A stretch of 64,000 bases of DNA from positions 186,001 to 250,000 of the forward strand of contig OZ025649.1 in assembly GCA_964019335.1 (NCBI GenBank). Direction: 5' to 3'. The notes below the pieces were generated by a model, which saw only the letters and a list, made by a program, of their open reading frames with translations, did not search any database and had not been told where the DNA came from. Of this stretch, positions 62,201 through 64,000 are shown in pieces (within the stretch, counting starts at the first letter, position 1; every line of letters begins with the position of its first letter). The DNA comes from Diplonema japonicum. Its lineage: Eukaryota > Protista > Euglenozoa: Diplonemea. A program made the translations under genes and the position numbers.

Positions 62201-64000
62201 GCTGAGAAGGTGATCTTCATGTGGGAAGCAGGTCTTGACAAAGAAGCAGGTGCAACACGTCTCCTGTTCCAATTGTCGCGTTTCGAAGCCTTCCCTCTTG
62301 TATCGCCACATGATTACCTCTACAGCAGCAGCGACCCGCACTATCTTATCATGAAGAACTTCCCAGAGTTCAAAGCCTACCGTGACATCGCTTTCTACTT
62401 CAAGTACTTCATGAACACAATGCCAGGTGGCTTCCCCTCGATTGGGGAGTACACACAGTACCACGCCCAGCTGCACTGGGACTACGACACCTACAGGAAC
62501 AAGTACCTTGTGAAGGCTTTCGGCAGAGCGCTGTCTCCCATCTCTAGGCCTGACAGGCACAGATGGCCGAGCTATGCCATTGCGTCGCGCTTCACGTACC
62601 CTCAAGAGGCATACACAGAGGACGACATCTTGCATATCAAGTCACTCCCTTCGTTCGGAGACGTCATGGGCCAGAGAGACAGTGAATTGCTGCTGTCATA
62701 CCTTACTGCCCCTTACATCAGGATACCGCTTGTGTTGCACTTCTTTGCGACTGAAGACAGGGTCTCACTGCTGAGAGCACCGTCGATGCAGCAGCTGCTT
62801 GACTCGGTGCTGTTCGAACCAGGCAGGTACCAGAAGGTCATGCACACTGACGTGAGCCCCAAGCAGGTCCCGACCGAAAATGATGAACTGCTGGCAACAC
62901 CATTCGGGCTGTTGATTAATGAACTGCAGCACTCGCCGGACGGTGTCGTGAAACCTCTCATGCAGCTCCTCAACCTGGCTATCGAGCTTGACTCCGGTAC
63001 TGTCATGAATGCCACCGCTGTCGATGTGATGCTGTACCTTGTGCGTCTCATAAGTCGCGTGTACAACTATTTGTGGTTCCTAATCGCGTTTTCCACAAAG
63101 AACGGTTCCTTCATCGCAGGATGGCAGGACCATGACCTCCGCAGCATCACACCTCTGGGCAAGGAGTGTATCTCGTCATTGAAAGTGTTCCAAAGACAGT
63201 TCCAGCGTGTGCTTGGAGAAAGGCTCTGCCCCATGCTGGAGACATGGACGGCAGAGGCCATGCAGCGCGTGACGGGAACTACTGCAGCTGGCACAACTGC
63301 GGTGAAGGCGACAGCTGAGATCGACGCCATCACAGTGCTTGTGTCAAAACTGCAAGCGCACATCGTGTTGGTGAGAAGGAACTCGCAGATATCTACAAAC
63401 GTTGCCTCCTCCATCCTGTCGAGCATCATCTTTTTGACACTGCGGCACACATGGAACACCAGCAAGCTTATTGTGCCTGAGACGGAGGTGTACGAAGTGA
63501 TGCAACTACAAAGAAGGAGACTCACAAATTATCTGTGCTCAGGCGGTCCGATGGTTTTGACAGAGGTCTTAGACGGTGTCGTCCGTGTCGCCACGTCCAC
63601 CGGCAGCAGGAAACCTCGTCCTGAAGACCCCACACACTCATGGGCCTTTGTTGCTGGTTACGCATCCCTTGGTCGATTCACACACCAGTGTTTGAACCCC
63701 AGGAAACTCGTCCATGCCGAAGGACCTAAACCGGAGCTGATCATTGATACCATGGGCGAGTGGTTTAAGAACAAGAGCGGTGCAGACATCAAATACGACG
63801 AGCGCCTCAAAGGTAAGACATATGGAATTTACTTCTCGGCAGAGTGGTGTCCTCCCTGCAAGCTTTTCACACCGTTGCTTGCAAGGTTCTATGAGAACTA
63901 CAAGAAGACCCATCCAGACTTTGAGATCGTGTTCTGCAGCAGCGACAGGGAACAAGGTGATATGGAGAAGTACTACCAGAAGGAGCATGGCGACTGGTTG
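59222..64000 (+). CDS. Giant protein (>1590 aa, runs off window): F5/8 type C (discoidin) domain, long conserved helical region, tryparedoxin/nucleoredoxin-like WCPPC thioredoxin domain
   Basis: Frame from ATG 59222 appears open to the window end (spot-checked; absent from the ORF track, presumably because it has no stop). Discoidin-like W..WYQLDAG..IGGI..WITNY..SDDG..W..RFLRIKP at ~59540-59870. YFSAEWCPPCKLFTP..FEIVFCSSD with WCPPC at 63845-63859. Confidence 0.85.
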   Translation, partial: MDDMYKIEESERKGYPFNLYQDESEESGSEYGGEIQEILEEVMDNVRYQLPAELRTRIEKIVPTEEDCDDEEESRKRWTMVDLPLGFHSYCSIYDKDDMETYGNGRMCSAEGWICSPDTEEEEIWYQLDAGSIRTIGGISVKSHGSWYDWITNYTCLVSDDGEHWDPVDDGEEFDGPDDQEEVEKTYFTTPAIGRFLRIKPTCAYDENYAGRFGLLIEINDESIINGLLVWLESNAQWASDRLRNFLDKNCEKLTNGTNTALSYYFRNYKRIVESILEDITESQGAGMSRVLQLINLDMKYDRKLPPNNIWHLLMSAREVDLFEKTLYAHKDDMKIRQKAAMNATGKLLPLDASVPDLTDMEGVVDSPITVYEQWERKALANKMSGTSLPTKLAALKASFEAGALSEKEHQILVTRNERQELSLGWMMNEDTIPVWNHPVYTSEFLSSHFLEDVPCYPGAQAFTRLLRDVILEQQQWLGVNNSEFAALQYSLKAFAAAIPLFQRFFKYQKWQFHTHMELLVHDIGEQLDNLLPGQTGIFPVTQQPMLLIVEVKTPKLCRVTIVNTNPHTDFHPKMADVPARIRQHTCISLEDVQFDLIKDKAWWLFAIPFQTFEKEELFYTHYLNWLHPGKTYESMIAETYDEQAVRTPCSGGGQLWKAYHHGLSYILGRQGVRQPARKSLKFNMRHQMLQWVVNDMNVVEKIPTAHRRLIRLGCEQVAASATKAPGIRKSKAYLSSVLTCIKRIEEVLKERSPDVLGEAPPELNLEEGNELHVQNDLFPAMEYLRRLDDVEHLIGDRVPENNFLPANFLHVPDAVFNFTDALSALRNADVLCTRVMVQREMIRNHVFLTSSLLQHLFVWVLPMPRFAHSNCIWQQKITYSQQLDIMVLLGRLMEHWAATCFSLKATPEFDAVRITVAGAMASIADCVLRQRATDEPSRLCEHIAGFRDEAPFGFSTGHFAKQSETIKVTCPEILVCRTAVLDYFEALHETIPAEKVIFMWEAGLDKEAGATRLLFQLSRFEAFPLVSPHDYLYSSSDPHYLIMKNFPEFKAYRDIAFYFKYFMNTMPGGFPSIGEYTQYHAQLHWDYDTYRNKYLVKAFGRALSPISRPDRHRWPSYAIASRFTYPQEAYTEDDILHIKSLPSFGDVMGQRDSELLLSYLTAPYIRIPLVLHFFATEDRVSLLRAPSMQQLLDSVLFEPGRYQKVMHTDVSPKQVPTENDELLATPFGLLINELQHSPDGVVKPLMQLLNLAIELDSGTVMNATAVDVMLYLVRLISRVYNYLWFLIAFSTKNGSFIAGWQDHDLRSITPLGKECISSLKVFQRQFQRVLGERLCPMLETWTAEAMQRVTGTTAAGTTAVKATAEIDAITVLVSKLQAHIVLVRRNSQISTNVASSILSSIIFLTLRHTWNTSKLIVPETEVYEVMQLQRRRLTNYLCSGGPMVLTEVLDGVVRVATSTGSRKPRPEDPTHSWAFVAGYASLGRFTHQCLNPRKLVHAEGPKPELIIDTMGEWFKNKSGADIKYDERLKGKTYGIYFSAEWCPPCKLFTPLLARFYENYKKTHPDFEIVFCSSDREQGDMEKYYQKEHGDWL

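Noticed and set aside
59394-63988. Overlapping and antisense ORFs listed across the last 4.6 kb (and within other GC-rich genes)
   Set aside because: Shadows of the long + strand frame starting at 59222, expected from GC-rich codon usage.

Overview
Eukaryotic (protist) genomic DNA, most likely a euglenozoan of the diplonemid type. This assignment is an inference from three things: all 22 intact host protein-coding genes I could model lie on the + strand, they carry very short GT-AG introns, and one carries a tryparedoxin-type WCPPC domain. GC-rich genes alternate with intergenic DNA dominated by poly(A)/poly(T)/poly(C)/poly(G) tracts, so most ORF-track entries rich in poly-Lys/Phe are spurious. 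Genes, in order: MROH1-like HEAT protein (3' part), TBC Rab-GAP, Eco1/ESCO-like protein, PAM2 + Met-rich low-complexity protein, TMEM181/Wntless-like membrane domain fused to a class-3 lipase with three inserted Cys/His zinc-finger-like repeats, FUSC/ALMT-like transporter, two paralogous Gal-3-O-sulfotransferase-like genes, Mpv17/PMP22 protein, VIT1/CCC1 transporter, a bacterial-type Asp/Glu racemase with a Ser/Cys catalytic pair, PHO80/U-type cyclin, several hypothetical proteins, two tandem membrane-anchored RING E3 ligases, and the 5' 4.8 kb of a giant discoidin + thioredoxin (WCPPC) protein missed by the ORF track. Also present: three tRNA genes (Thr-AGT, Pro-AGG, Gly-GCC) and four cut-and-paste DNA transposon copies with readable TIRs and TSDs (two Sola-like with ATAT TSD, one pogo/Tc1-mariner with TA TSD, one Mutator-like with 9-bp TSD). 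About 25 introns were inferred by hand: mostly 30-60 nt, GTAT(G) donors, and often A-run or AC-rich acceptors with no polypyrimidine tract. No single confirmed novel system was found. The best candidates are the lipase fusion, the Ser/Cys racemase, the giant WCPPC protein, the splice-signal architecture and an apparent purine/pyrimidine skew oscillation. All family calls come from motif recognition by eye, not database searches.
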